Source: Enoplolaimus lenunculus (Eukaryota). Taken from it: 64,000 bases of DNA. This document shows, piece after piece, positions 26,030 through 38,200 of the stretch. The position numbers and the translations under genes were made by a program. Every line of letters begins with the position of its first letter. The first letter of the stretch is position 1. Location: NCBI GenBank assembly GCA_030248215.1, contig JASANG010001013.1, positions 372,001 through 436,000 of the forward strand, in the 5' to 3' direction. Below the pieces are notes generated by a model. That model was not told the DNA's origin. It saw only the letters and a list, made by a program, of their open reading frames with translations, and searched no databases.

Positions 26030-27379
26030 ATGCTTGCTTCAAATCATACAAACGCACAAGAGAACAGCAGGCTGATAACCATTGTTACAGATGGACTTGT
26101 GCGTGGGAAAAAGACCATAGTACCCGAAATAGTCCCATTGACCCGGGATTTATTTCAAGCCGCGGACAGAGAACATAAAATAATCGTTTCTTCAGACGGT
26201 GGATCCGGATCGAAAGGACCGACTGGACAGTGGACTGGAACGATAGGCGACATTCTAAACGGCCGAGCCAACTTGTCAATGGCATATATGGCACTTACCC
26301 CGAGTCGGATGGCAGCAATGCGTTCTATACCAACGTTTTGCCAGCGTGACGCTTACGCTTTTGCATACAGCCCTGATCTGATTGAAACACATGAAACTTA
26401 TCACATTTGGAGTAGTATTCCATGGTTGCTATGGGTAACAATGATAGCAACATTCAGTAAACATTTAATACTATCACAATCGTCGACGGTCCACCCTATT
26501 TTCCCACGGTCGTCTAGTATCCACTCAATTTTCCCACGGTCGTCTGGTGTTGATTCAATTTTCCCACGGTCGTTGCCAACGAGCATGAGAACTTTCCCAC
26601 GATCGCTGGTGATGTGGTTGAGTATTGGTCAATTTTGGCTCGAAACAGTGACGTCAAACTGTCTGTTCGGATTGCGTGTGACTCAACTACAAACGCCACT
26701 CGCGTCATTTGACAAAATTGTGTCGTTGTTGACACATCAGTCGCCGGAATCGCCTCAGTTGACCTTTGTGACCAGCAGAGGTTTACTGAAAACACGACTC
26801 AAAGGAGATTTCGGATTTTTACGGCCATTAATCGAACGAAATTTGACCAGTGTCCACATGGTCAAATACTACATGGATATTCCGAGATATATTCGAAAAA
26901 TTCAACATTCTTTTGGGATCGGAACTGAACGTTTTATGTTGCCGACAAAGGTCGACCCGCGCCATCCGGTAGTTGTTGCTGACGATACCATGTGGACTTA
27001 TAGGGGATCGTATTATTCTAACGAGTCCCTACGCCATCCAGACGTTGAGCGAGTGGCTCGAATGTTTTTGGAAGCTTGTGAATTTGGGCATTGGCAATTT
27101 AAATTTGAAATCAATGAAAAACATCAGATTAATCGGTATCATATTCAACGATTAAGAGCACAAAGGAGTCTCAATATAAGCTTAGGCGATCTTCTCGAGC
27201 TGTGGGGGTTCCCAGTAATGCTCATGGTGATTTTGGCATGGTTCTGTGCGGAATTACTCGCAAGCAGATGGTCGCCTGCAGGAGACAAGTTTTTCAGCCA
27301 AATTGGAAATATACTCGACTGTAGGATGGCAAATCATGGGTCCTACACCCCTAATTCAGCAAGTGTTACCCTGGATTAG
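26030..27379 (+). CDS. Divergent ionotropic receptor (iGluR/IR superfamily), single long ORF
   Basis: S1 motif GQWTGTIGDILNGRANLSMAYMALTPSR (compare W.G.IGEL..G.AD.....LTIT.ER), M1 (IPWLLWVTMIATF), M3-like segment (RSLVMWL...VTSNC), LEACEFG helix and SLGDLLELW + M4. No clear signal peptide, so a 5' exon may be missing. Confidence 0.75.
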   Translation: MLASNHTNAQENSRLITIVTDGLVRGKKTIVPEIVPLTRDLFQAADREHKIIVSSDGGSGSKGPTGQWTGTIGDILNGRANLSMAYMALTPSRMAAMRSIPTFCQRDAYAFAYSPDLIETHETYHIWSSIPWLLWVTMIATFSKHLILSQSSTVHPIFPRSSSIHSIFPRSSGVDSIFPRSLPTSMRTFPRSLVMWLSIGQFWLETVTSNCLFGLRVTQLQTPLASFDKIVSLLTHQSPESPQLTFVTSRGLLKTRLKGDFGFLRPLIERNLTSVHMVKYYMDIPRYIRKIQHSFGIGTERFMLPTKVDPRHPVVVADDTMWTYRGSYYSNESLRHPDVERVARMFLEACEFGHWQFKFEINEKHQINRYHIQRLRAQRSLNISLGDLLELWGFPVMLMVILAWFCAELLASRWSPAGDKFFSQIGNILDCRMANHGSYTPNSASVTLD

Positions 27380-27411
27380 ATACAATAGTTATAAGTACTC
27401 TTAAAATTTGT

Positions 27412-27731
27412 GGCCCATGTAAAGATCAGGAGCGGAACGTTTTTCTGTAGTACTGCAATAGAGTTAGCTAAAGTTTAGACTAATTTTTTGCTTGGCTTAG
27501 GCTTACGCTTTGGCTTAGTAATATGCTCATTCATACGCTTACGCTTAGGCTTAGGATAATCCTTACGCTTAGGCTTAGGCTTAGACTTAGGAATATGCTC
27601 ATTCTTAGGCTTAGGCTTAGGAATATGCTCATTCTAAGGATTAGGCTTAGGAATATGCTCATTCTTAGGATTAGGCTTAGGCTTCGGAATATGCTCATAA
27701 TACTGCTCCGTCCCTGTTCTTTATATTGGCC
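27412..27731 (-). mobile_element. Family A MITE
   Basis: Perfect TSD AAATTTGT; internal 30-36-bp tandem units of TTAGGC + AATATGCTCATTC. Confidence 0.92.
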
Positions 27732-28973
27732 AAATTTGTTTACGACCCTCGGGTTGAATTTTCTACCGACAATTGCGTAGGCGTCATCTATATTCTCGGC
27801 AACATTAAAAACCATCTGGTCGTGGGCACTACGCCTTTGGTCGAAGGTACTATAGGGCCATGACCCCCAACAAGACTATATATCCCTTATGGCTTTCCTC
27901 AGTGTACAACCGGAGATGAAAAATATTGGTGTCGAAACCTGAGGTCATTAAAAATTTACCCGAATCGGAAGTCAATTTTTTCTGCGAGAGCCGAAGACAG
28001 ACCTCCGATTTCACCATGGTTTTTATGGGTGAGCGAAGTCCGTGAGTTTGACCATGTCCTTACATTTTTGAATTTTCTGCAGTTAAAAAATTTGAATGAA
28101 ACGGTTTTAAAAGTAGAAATAAAAGAATTATTTGGTTCCTCTGTATTGTTTCGAAGTATTTTTCATATAAAATTATAAAATATTCACAAAAGTTAAGAAA
28201 CACCGCAGCGGTTGATCCAATTTACAAACTTTTACACGGCTTAAACTTGGCACTCTTTGAAAGGTTCGTGTAAAATGGTTTCTGTAGGTTTAACCTAATA
28301 AACCTGTTTATGATGTACGAGCAAAATATCCGTCCATACATACGTCACATTTCCGTAGAATTTACAAAATTCTTAATCCTCTTTTAGGCTCTTAGGTCTT
28401 GGCTTGTTTGTAGACTTTATCGTTATGCTGAGGCGTAGACTTAAGATTAGGGTTAGGCTTAGGTTCAGGGAAATATGCTGGTACTACTGTTGTGCTCGTA
28501 AAAGTAACATTGATCAGTAAGTATATTTGTCGTGGGCCAATCTCCTATTCAGGCCAATTGCCAATTGGCTTAGACCAATCTGCTATTGTGAGGAAATAAC
28601 AAGTTTGCCTAGACCAAATAGCGATTATAGCGAAACAGCAGGGATGCAACCCCGACGCTGGTTGGTTATCGACGTTGCGTCTGTCCAAATAATCAAATCT
28701 GATTGGTAAGTTCAACATCAGTTTAGCCTAGCCGAAATTGCTATTACGCAAAATAGCAGATTGGCCTGAATAACAGATTGGCCTACGACATATGTAAATA
28801 TACATATATATTATATGTATATATAGATATATTATATGTATATATACATATATGTAAGTATGTATGTATGTATGTATGTCAGCTTTTAATAACGTGTATA
28901 ACATTTTAAAATTATTTGAGCATCGAAATTTTAAAAATACTAAATCCTTCACTGCATCAACGTTGTAACAATG

Positions 28974-29179
28974 GGCCAATGTAAAGAGCAGGGGCGGAAC
29001 AGTAACATAAGCTTATTCCTAAGCCTAAACCTATTCCGAAGCCTAAGCCTAAGCGTAAGAATGAGTTTATTCCTAAGCCTAAACCTAAGCTTAAGCCAAG
29101 CAAAAAATAGTCTAAAGCTTAAGCTTATTTTATTCTAGTCCAATAGAAAAACGTTCCGCCCATGATCTTTACATGGGCC
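28974..29179 (+). mobile_element. Family A MITE
   Basis: Perfect TSD TAACAATG; GGCC TIRs. Confidence 0.92.
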
Positions 29180-29922
29180 TAACAATGAATCGATAACAAA
29201 ATACACCATGAAAGTCAAAATTTAAACGATCATGAGCCCACGTTAGCCTTGACGGGTTAAATGGTTACCGTTAAACAAAAATGCTTGGCGTTTAAGCTCT
29301 TACCCGGTGACGCTGACGCGGACAAAATCGTACAATAATTTAGGCTCAGGCTTACGCTTAGGATATGTTTGTCTTTTAGCAAAAACAAACCGAACGACCA
29401 AGCGTGATATGGACTCAATGTAAACAAATGTAGATTGACAAGCTATATTCAGACTTGCAAAATAAATATAATAAAAGTTTAGTTGAAATATTAAAATGTC
29501 AAAAAATAATTTAAGTTTAAAAACAGCTACATTTGTTGTCTGTGGAAATTTTTCCCAAGTCCAAAACTTAACATTCAAGGTATTTGAGTCACAAGGTGTC
29601 CGCAGCATCTTACATCGGGTTCGTAACCAGATGGGGCAAACATTGGAGCTAAAAATTTGCCTAAACCTAAATAATTTTAAAAACAATTTGTGTGTTTACA
29701 GATGAAAATTCTAGTAAGGTCCAGTTTAGGTGAGTTTATGTGTTATTAGGTTCAAGGTTAATGGCTTAGAAATAAGCAAACCTTTATTTATAAACATATT
29801 CAGTGTTTATATTCAATATTTTTAGCCACGTATAATCCTGGGGGTCCTAATAAAATTGGTTCACAAACACTGCACCTTAACCTGGTGGCGCCTGGGTGAG
29901 AAGACCCAAAAATTGCGTGACC

Positions 29923-30908
29923 GGTATAATTGTACGAATATATTTCGTGTTAGCAAAATTCGTCCGTGGGCAATTCGTCCCGGACGCTCTGTCCCTGGAA
30001 CATTCGTCCCGGACAATTCGTTCCTGGAAAGTTCGTTCCGGACAATTCATCGCATGAAAAGTCGTCCAGAACAATTCATCGCAGGAAAATTCGTCCCGGA
30101 CAATTCATCGCTGAAAAATTCGTCCCGGACAATTGATCGCTGAAAAATTCGTCCCGGACAATTCGTCTCAGAAAAATTTAACCCGGACAATTCATCGCTG
30201 GAAAATTCGTCCCGGATAATTCGTCCCAGAAAAATTTAACCCGGACAATTCATCGCTGGAAAATCCGTCCCGGATAATTCGTCCCAGAAAAATTTAACCC
30301 GGACAATTCATCGCTGGAAAATCCGTCCCGGACAATTCGTCCCAGAAAAATTTAACCCGGACAATTCGTTCTGAAAAAATTCGTCCCCATGTCGCATTTA
30401 ATTAGATACAAAATATTAGCTAGAAAATTTTCAATTTTCACTAAGCGATCGAATTTCGTTTTTTTTTCTTTTTTGTAGCGAAACGAATTCGAAAACAGAA
30501 ATAAGGTCGCATGAGCAAATATGTATTACTGTTGGCACCGTTGCTACATTTCAGACAAATAGAACCTTTACCCTACAAACAAAAGAAACAGCCAGGAAAT
30601 TTAGTTCGGGAACGAATTGTCAGCGATACAGTTACCGGTGACGAATATTCCCAGTGACGAATTTTCCCGGAAAGCATTTATTTTCCCATGGATAAATTTT
30701 CCCCTGGAGTATTTATTTTCCCATGGATAAATTTTCCCTAGGAGTATTTATTTTCCCATGGCTAAATTTTCCCGGGGAGTATTTATTTTCCCATGGCTAA
30801 ATTTTCCCAGGTACGAATGTTCCAAGAACGAATTGTCAGGGACAAATTATGGAGGGGGGAACAAAATGTCGAGGACGAATTGTCGAAAACGAGTCTTTCG
30901 TATAAACC
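29923..30908. mobile_element. Foldback-like element with modular arms
   Basis: Left arm has AATTCGTCCCGGAC/AATTCATCGCTG modules (29955-30390). Right arm has inverted GACGAATTGTC modules and about 30-bp ATTTTCCCATGG repeats (30661-30810). Confidence 0.6.
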
Positions 30909-31714
30909 AACGTATTTATTGCAGTCATTTTTGAATGAAGCACTAGATTGTTAACTATAAGCCTGGGGTATTACTACTTGCATATGTGGGCTTTTGTACA
31001 CTTGCCACCATTTTCGCTTAAATAGGCTGAAGAAATCTTTCCACTGCCTAAGCCTTGGTTTTAACCTTTACCTAAGCCAATGCCTTAGCTTAAACCCAAA
31101 CGTAAAAGCCTAAAGAGGCAGCCTTAAATGTTGGGGAAAGTGTACAAGAACCTACTTCTGGATCTCTTTCGAGTAAATAGTTCACAGAAAGCCAACTGAA
31201 CACAACAGGAGCGTTGAAAATGCCAAACCGTCAACTTCGTGTTCTCCGTGTGGAGAATTTGTAATTTCTACTTCGACATCATAGAATTCTTTGTAATTCG
31301 AGGTTTTACGTTTGTAATCCGTTTGAATATTGTAAAAATACCCAGATGGATCATTTTCTTACCGAAACGCCAACACTACTCATTTTGTTTTCCAGAGATA
31401 CCCAATGTCGGTCATTTCGTTTTCAAGCTACCAACATTGTCCAATGGGATTCGAGGATACCAAGATAGATCATTTTTTGTGAAATACTAAGATTGATCGT
31501 TTCGTTTCTTGAATACGAACATTGTTCCTTTGCTGTCCAAGGTGCTGGAATAGAGTTCGTAAACTTCTGCAAGATACCAACACCAACCATTTCTTTCAGC
31601 ATTGTCTAGACAGCTATTGTTGGTGTCACGATAACAAACATCAAGTTGTTCGAAGAATCACGACGTGACCAAATACCAAGATAGATCATTTCGCTCCCTG
31701 ACTACCAAGATGGA

Positions 31715-32168
31715 TCATTTCTTTTCCGGGTACCGCGGATAATACTTATTACTAGTGACCACCGATGTGCTCACGATTCGGGTTTGACTTGGTGTCATCA
31801 CAGGACCAGTGCTATTGTCTTCAGTGTGGGTGATGACAGGAGTGGCATCATGGGCGCAGCTTGTATACGGAGTACACGGTTCAATATGGTCCATAGGGAC
31901 GGCAACTCGTCGCAGAGGTGTGTCCGTTGGCGTTTCCAGGGAAACCAAATGAGGGGCGCTCGAATCGAGAGGGTCTTCGATAACCGTTCTATAGTTTGGC
32001 CGTGATTCAACTGGGCTGTAGAGTTGCTCTTGGCGGACAATGGGTTGACCTTTGGGCAGAGTCTCCAGTGGTGGTTGTTGAGGTTGCGGTTGAGTTGAAC
32101 GAAACATTGGTTTAAATGATAGAACTGGTTCAGTTTGGCGATCGCGTAAAGTGAACGGTTGTTGTTGC

Positions 32169-32205
<37 letters not shown>

Positions 32206-35200
32206 GCGCGCGACGAACGTTTCGTATCGACCGGTCAATCTTGTAGCCATGACCAATGTAAACTTTTGCATCATCAGTATGTCTTAACGGCTCAGCAACA
32301 GGCGGGACACGCCATTTTCGAAGCCATGCAGGATCTTGAGTAGGCCGTAAAGCGCCTGTTGCCGAAACTGTTCCCGGCGGATGATCAGGCTTTGCCTCTA
32401 AAGGCCTTGAGGTTGACGCTTGTAGAGATTGGTGCGAAGTACGACGACTAGATTCAGTATCTAAAGCGCTTTGTATGTCAATAAACGACACTTGGGTTCC
32501 TGTGCTACTCGTTTGCATCGCAGATCGACTCAACGGCATATACGCATATCCTCCGCCTGCCGTTCGGTACGTACTTGCACTTGACCACATCGCAGGGGGT
32601 TTGTCGGAATTTTTAAGTTGACTGCCCTCCGTTGAGCTGCTATGCTGTTGATAAAGATATTCAGTTTCTTCATCTCGCAATTGTTTACGTTTCTGACACA
32701 ATCGCCAACAAAGCAAGCAGACCGCTAACAGCAACGCAAGTAGAATCAACGCGACTAAAATCCATAACGCTAACCACGAATGCTTATACGCCGCTAAATC
32801 TGAATCGGATATTTCATCTGCAGAACGTTCTGCGTTTGCTTGTTCTTCGGTCTCAGAACCAGCTGCGCCCTCTTGGTTTGGTTGCTCGCCTGATATCACG
32901 ATATCATCCGATTTCGAGTGACCAGTTAAGTAAGGCACACGTTCGTTCCAAAAATACGCCCCATCTCGATTGAGTTGCCCGTCAGAAAACCGGAGCGGAT
33001 CATCGATAACAACATAGTTGGGTTGGTGTTCTGCGAACGCTGTCCAAGCCGTCATAGGCTGTTCGTCATTTGAGCTGACTCTGGACTCGTGTCGTTGTTG
33101 GTTTTCGTCTTCGGCAACAACTTCACCAGTTTGACTTTGTGTTGGATTACTGTAAATAAACGGAATCAAAGGTTATTCCATGTCCGCCTTTCAATGCCGA
33201 ATAATAGAGAAGATATTATAAATTCGGTAGTAATTGTGTTACGGTTGCGATCAACGAGTACCTTTGCGGACGAATCTGAGTCGTAAAGCATATACTTGTA
33301 CGAGATCGTCATTTACAGTGATCCAATGCGGTTCGTTGGAACTGCTAATGGCACAAAACGATGTGGCCTTAACAATTGTGTATGTTTACTTGCAGAATAT
33401 GAAAGTTTGTTCATTTTATTTATCAGAGTTGTTGTTAATTAAAAGAGTTGAATACCACGGCAGAGGAAATGTAATAAATACTGCACGAGTAAAGTTTAGG
33501 TATAAGTTTCCTAAAAACTCGTAAACTTGCTAAAGGGAAGGCTAAGCTACCCAGGTACATGGAAACAGAGGTGTGCGACGAACCCCCCAGAAAAATATAG
33601 GCGTTTCGCTGACATCGCTAAAATCCCACCAACACTAAACAGATTTGTTGCAAATTGAATCGTTTAAGGTAAAAAACCGACTGATTTCTTGTTCGCTTTA
33701 CTCACGAAGATTTTCTATCAACGACTCTGGTAGTCTCTTTGCGTCTTGGTGGCTACAAAATATCTGATTCGTTCCCAAACTTGCACTAAGCTAATAACCT
33801 TTGATGACTCCAGCGCCTTTTTGAGTTAGTTGTGGTACCCTTTATTATTTGACACCCCTAAAATCGTTCCCACATACCTGAAGCTACTTCCAAACAAACT
33901 CGTTTAAGAAATGTTGCGAAGATATGTGAGCCCTTAGTCGTTACACCCGTATTCGGATAGAGTTAATATTTGCATGAAAAAAAATTGTGATTAAAATAGA
34001 AACCTAAGCCTAAGCCTAAGCGTAAGAATGAGTTTATTCTTAAACCTAAGCCTAAGCCTAACCCTAAGCCTAAGCGTAAGAATGAGTTTATTCTTAAACC
34101 TAAGCCTAAGCCTAAGCCTAAGCCTAAGCCTAAACCTAAGCCTAAGCCTAAGCCTAAACCGAACTTTTTTAAAATTACAGAAACTTGCTTAAAAGTTAGG
34201 TTTCCTAGTGTTTTTTCGAAACCAATTATTAGGTTCAGTCTTAGCACCAAATTGCCATTTATCAAACCAAACGGCAGTAAAACTAAATGCTAGACTTTGC
34301 GTTTAGGCTTAGGCTTAACACCAAAGTTATTTGAGAATATAGTAACTTTATTGATATAGTATAGTTTGTTTGAGCGCATTGCTGCGAATAAAGTAAACAT
34401 TTTGTTGGTGTCAATTTACCGAGTTTTTGCAAAATTAACAATCATCGTTGAAAAGCTGTCCGCAACGCGTTGATCGGCGTCGTCATAGTTCCATTGGTAT
34501 CGTGAGGTGCGTCCTTTTGTGAACACGTATCCATGATCGATACCATGAAACGCTTCTGAAATTAATTTTACACATATAAGCAACATGTTCGCTTTAGAGT
34601 TACGCTATACTCGCCGGACGCCGCCGTGTGTTGTCGCACACCGCCGGACGGCGCCGTGTGTTGCCGCACGCAGCTGTGTGTTGTCGCACGCAGCCGTGTG
34701 TTGCCGCACGCAGCCGTGTATTGCCTCACGCAGCTGTTTGTTGCCGCACGCAGCTGTGTGTTGTCGCACGCCGCCGTGTGTTACCGCACGCAGCCGTGTG
34801 TTGCCGCACGCAGCTGTGTGTTGTCGCACGCCGCCGGACGCCGGTATGCGGCACGATAAAATTTGTTTATTAAAAATTCTCGAACCCATAATATAAACTA
34901 TGCGTATGTTTTTGTTAGCAACGTATAGCGGCGCGCGGCGACGTCTTGTGCGATAAAGTATAGCGCAACCCTTTTTGCTTCATTTATGAGTACTGTAGTG
35001 ACCGGAATAATAGGGGGTAATAAGAGAGGGGATCGCAATTTTGAGTCCCAATCAAGAGGAGTCCGTATCACGAATAAGAGTCCGTATGCGCCAAGAGTCC
35101 CTAGACCGTAATTAAAGTCCATAAATGTTAATTATCTCTGATTGTAGCGCATAAATGACTCCAGGACCAAATAAAGTTGAGTTTGAAACTTTAAAGTATA

Positions 35201-38200
35201 CTTCAGTTTTAAAGTACGTGTAACCTTGCATATTGCTCAAGGTGTTGATACATGGTAACTTCTGGTATCATGCTGTTGTGCTATGAGCAATAACTGCGCA
35301 ACAGTAACTAATCTACGACAATTTGTCGCCCAACAATGCCTAAAACCTATGCACTAGCGGATCAACAGGGGGGCAGCGTACGCCAGTCCGTCAGAATGAT
35401 TTTGTATCAAAATCGTAAGGTCCCTACCTTACAATTTTTAACAATTTTCCCCTCAGAATTTTTTCTATAATTAAATGGTAAGCTTCCTACCTTAAAATTT
35501 TTGCGTTTCATAATATTTGCCAGCCCGCCCCCCCTTCACAAATTTTTGGATCCGCCTCTGAGCTTACGAATAAATCTAAGCACAATCCTAAGCGCAGTCT
35601 TAAACCTATGACTAAGCCTAAGCATAATCATGGGCGCGAATTGTCGAGTCGACGAAATTTCGCATTACCAGTTCCGGGGTGTCGAGTTGTCAGGAAACGA
35701 ATTGTCGTGATACCAACAGTAACAGTGTACCGTAAATGCAGCCCCTAAAAGGCTCGGAGAGACGGAGTACTTCATTTTTTCAACTTCTGGACGAGTAAAT
35801 CTTGGGGGCCGCAAGACAAATCCATCCTCAGGGCATAGTTCGGTCATAATCCACCCCTGAGTTCACCAAAAACACCGATCAATCAAAATAAACCGTTAGC
35901 ACTAAAAAGCGACTAACTTTCATAAGTTTGGTTGACGATTTGAACAGGAGATGGAATTCCGAAAAATTTTCGTTTCGGAAATTCGAAACGCGCAATTCCA
36001 GTATTTGGTGTATGGTCGAAAACATACAAATACACAGGTTGATCAGCAGCCGCGTAAGCGTTCACTTCTTTGATACAAGGCGCAACAAATTCCACATCGG
36101 ATTCAATCTGAACAAAATAAATACATACACATATATACGACACTGGTGTATTCAGAAAACAGAGGCACAAGCTGCAGGAATCGACCGGATATGAATTATA
36201 CCAGAAACACGGAAGTGGCGCAGGATACTAAATTTTGTACCCCAACTGAAGCCACATGTAATAACCGGATATAGGATATAATATTGTGAACTGTTGGAAG
36301 TATTTGAGTCATGCAAAAATATGTATTTATGGATTTAAGTGAAATTTTGGCTTTGATTTTTCATTCCATCTTAGTGTCTAGTCTTGATTTGCCCGGAGTT
36401 GCAGTCGCTGCAAATTATCTAGCATTTTGACGTGTAAAAAGTAGTTTTAAAATATTTGGAACCACAACCGCAAATATCCGGTATCCGGTAGGTTTATACC
36501 GGATACCGGATGTCAATTTTTTGCCAGACATTAAACCGGAACGGGATATCCGGTCGGTCCCTGACGAGTTGATATATAGTTATAGTTTCGAACACGATCA
36601 TAGAAGCAAGTCCTTTTACATAAAAAAATTTAATCAGGGGGGGCTCAATCTTTTTAAACTTTTTTCATGAGGAATGCCCCCATGTCCGTTTTTCCTACGC
36701 CCCTGGTACAAGGTTTAAATCTCCAGCGGGATCCGGCGTTGCCGCATCCTAAAACACTCTTCCAGCACACAAGCCGGCCGAAAATATGCACGATTCAATG
36801 ATTTTCGCATTAAATAATCACTGATGGTCCTATTTTTATATCAAAATGCCAGAACCTTAATTTATTGATACTTCAGCTTTGGTTGGGAAATTTGAAACCA
36901 ACTTGAAAATTTCACAATATTGACCTCCTCGTCTCAGACTAATACTATGTAGCGGTCAGCCGGCTTTGCACAATGCGCAAAAGTTTTAGCGAATGCAAAA
37001 AATTGCATCCAATTTTTCGTTATATAAAATAATCACGTTTATGTTCTATGAAATCATCGTAAACAAAGTAATGCTGGAAAGTTGCCAGAATACGTATGAG
37101 AAGCATTCCTGCTTTAATTACTAATTACTATATACGTTCTACGAAATCATAGTAAACAAAGTAATGCTGGAAAGTTGTCCAGAATACGTATAATACGTAT
37201 GTGAATGCGTATTCCAGTTTTAAGTACTATATATAAGAGATTTTGTGGCATCGTTGACAAAATTATTGCAAACGGCGTATTACCTCTTGAAACCTTTCAA
37301 GAATCGCAACAGTATCGTTCGGTTGTTCTTGACTCGAATGCCGATTAAAGTAATGTTCGTAAGCTTCATCATTGATCATAGCTAATGCATTACTGTCGGC
37401 AGGCTTTGGTCTTAGCATAAAGTATGATGAGTCAACAATAACACGTAGCAGATTTTTAACCATCGAAGGATTGTACTCGGATTCGTACGGTAGTTCGAAA
37501 GCTAAAAATAAATTTAAAGGTATTTTAAATTTGAGATATCGTGTATGCAAATTATTGTGGACGATGCATAATAGTATTCGATGATTGAACTGATGAAAAA
37601 AATTTTTAATGTATACCCAGTCTATCAAAATTCTATATTTGTGTACCGTATTAGTTTGATAAAAAATACTGTTTGAAGCGTGGGACAGATTTCACCCCCA
37701 GGGCCACAGATCCAAAGTTGATTGTCATGATATGCGGATATCTTCATAATTTCCAGCCCTGAAACTATCGAAAATAAGCGTTGAAAATCCAACGAAAAAA
37801 ACTTACTCCTTCGAGCACCCAATTCTAATCCGGCAACTCCGGTCATAATTGGAACGCGAGGCTGTTCTTTTAGCATCGTTTCGACATCGTACGGAATTAT
37901 TTTTCCGTCAACAATAGGCATTGAATGGCCAAGCTGAAAGATAACCGAATCAAATTCAGGTATTGGCGTTATTTTAGGTACGACCGGGCCCGTATCCAAG
38001 GGGAGGAGCCTGGGAGCGCTCAGCCCCCCAGGAAAATTTCGACCCCCCTAGAAAATTTTCAACATTGCTTGTCAGTTAACAAAAAGGCTTGTATGCTTAC
38101 ATGTTCCTCCTGCAAAAATTTTTTATCCCCCTTCCCAGCCGGGGTGAGCTGGCTACGGCACTCGATAGGACTGTTTAATGTTGCGCTATACTCGTTGCGG

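Noticed and set aside
31715..33169. Stand-alone 484-aa membrane protein or a neuroligin
   Set aside because: It splices in phase to the esterase (NFAKTR-NP), and the catalytic GESAG serine is present.
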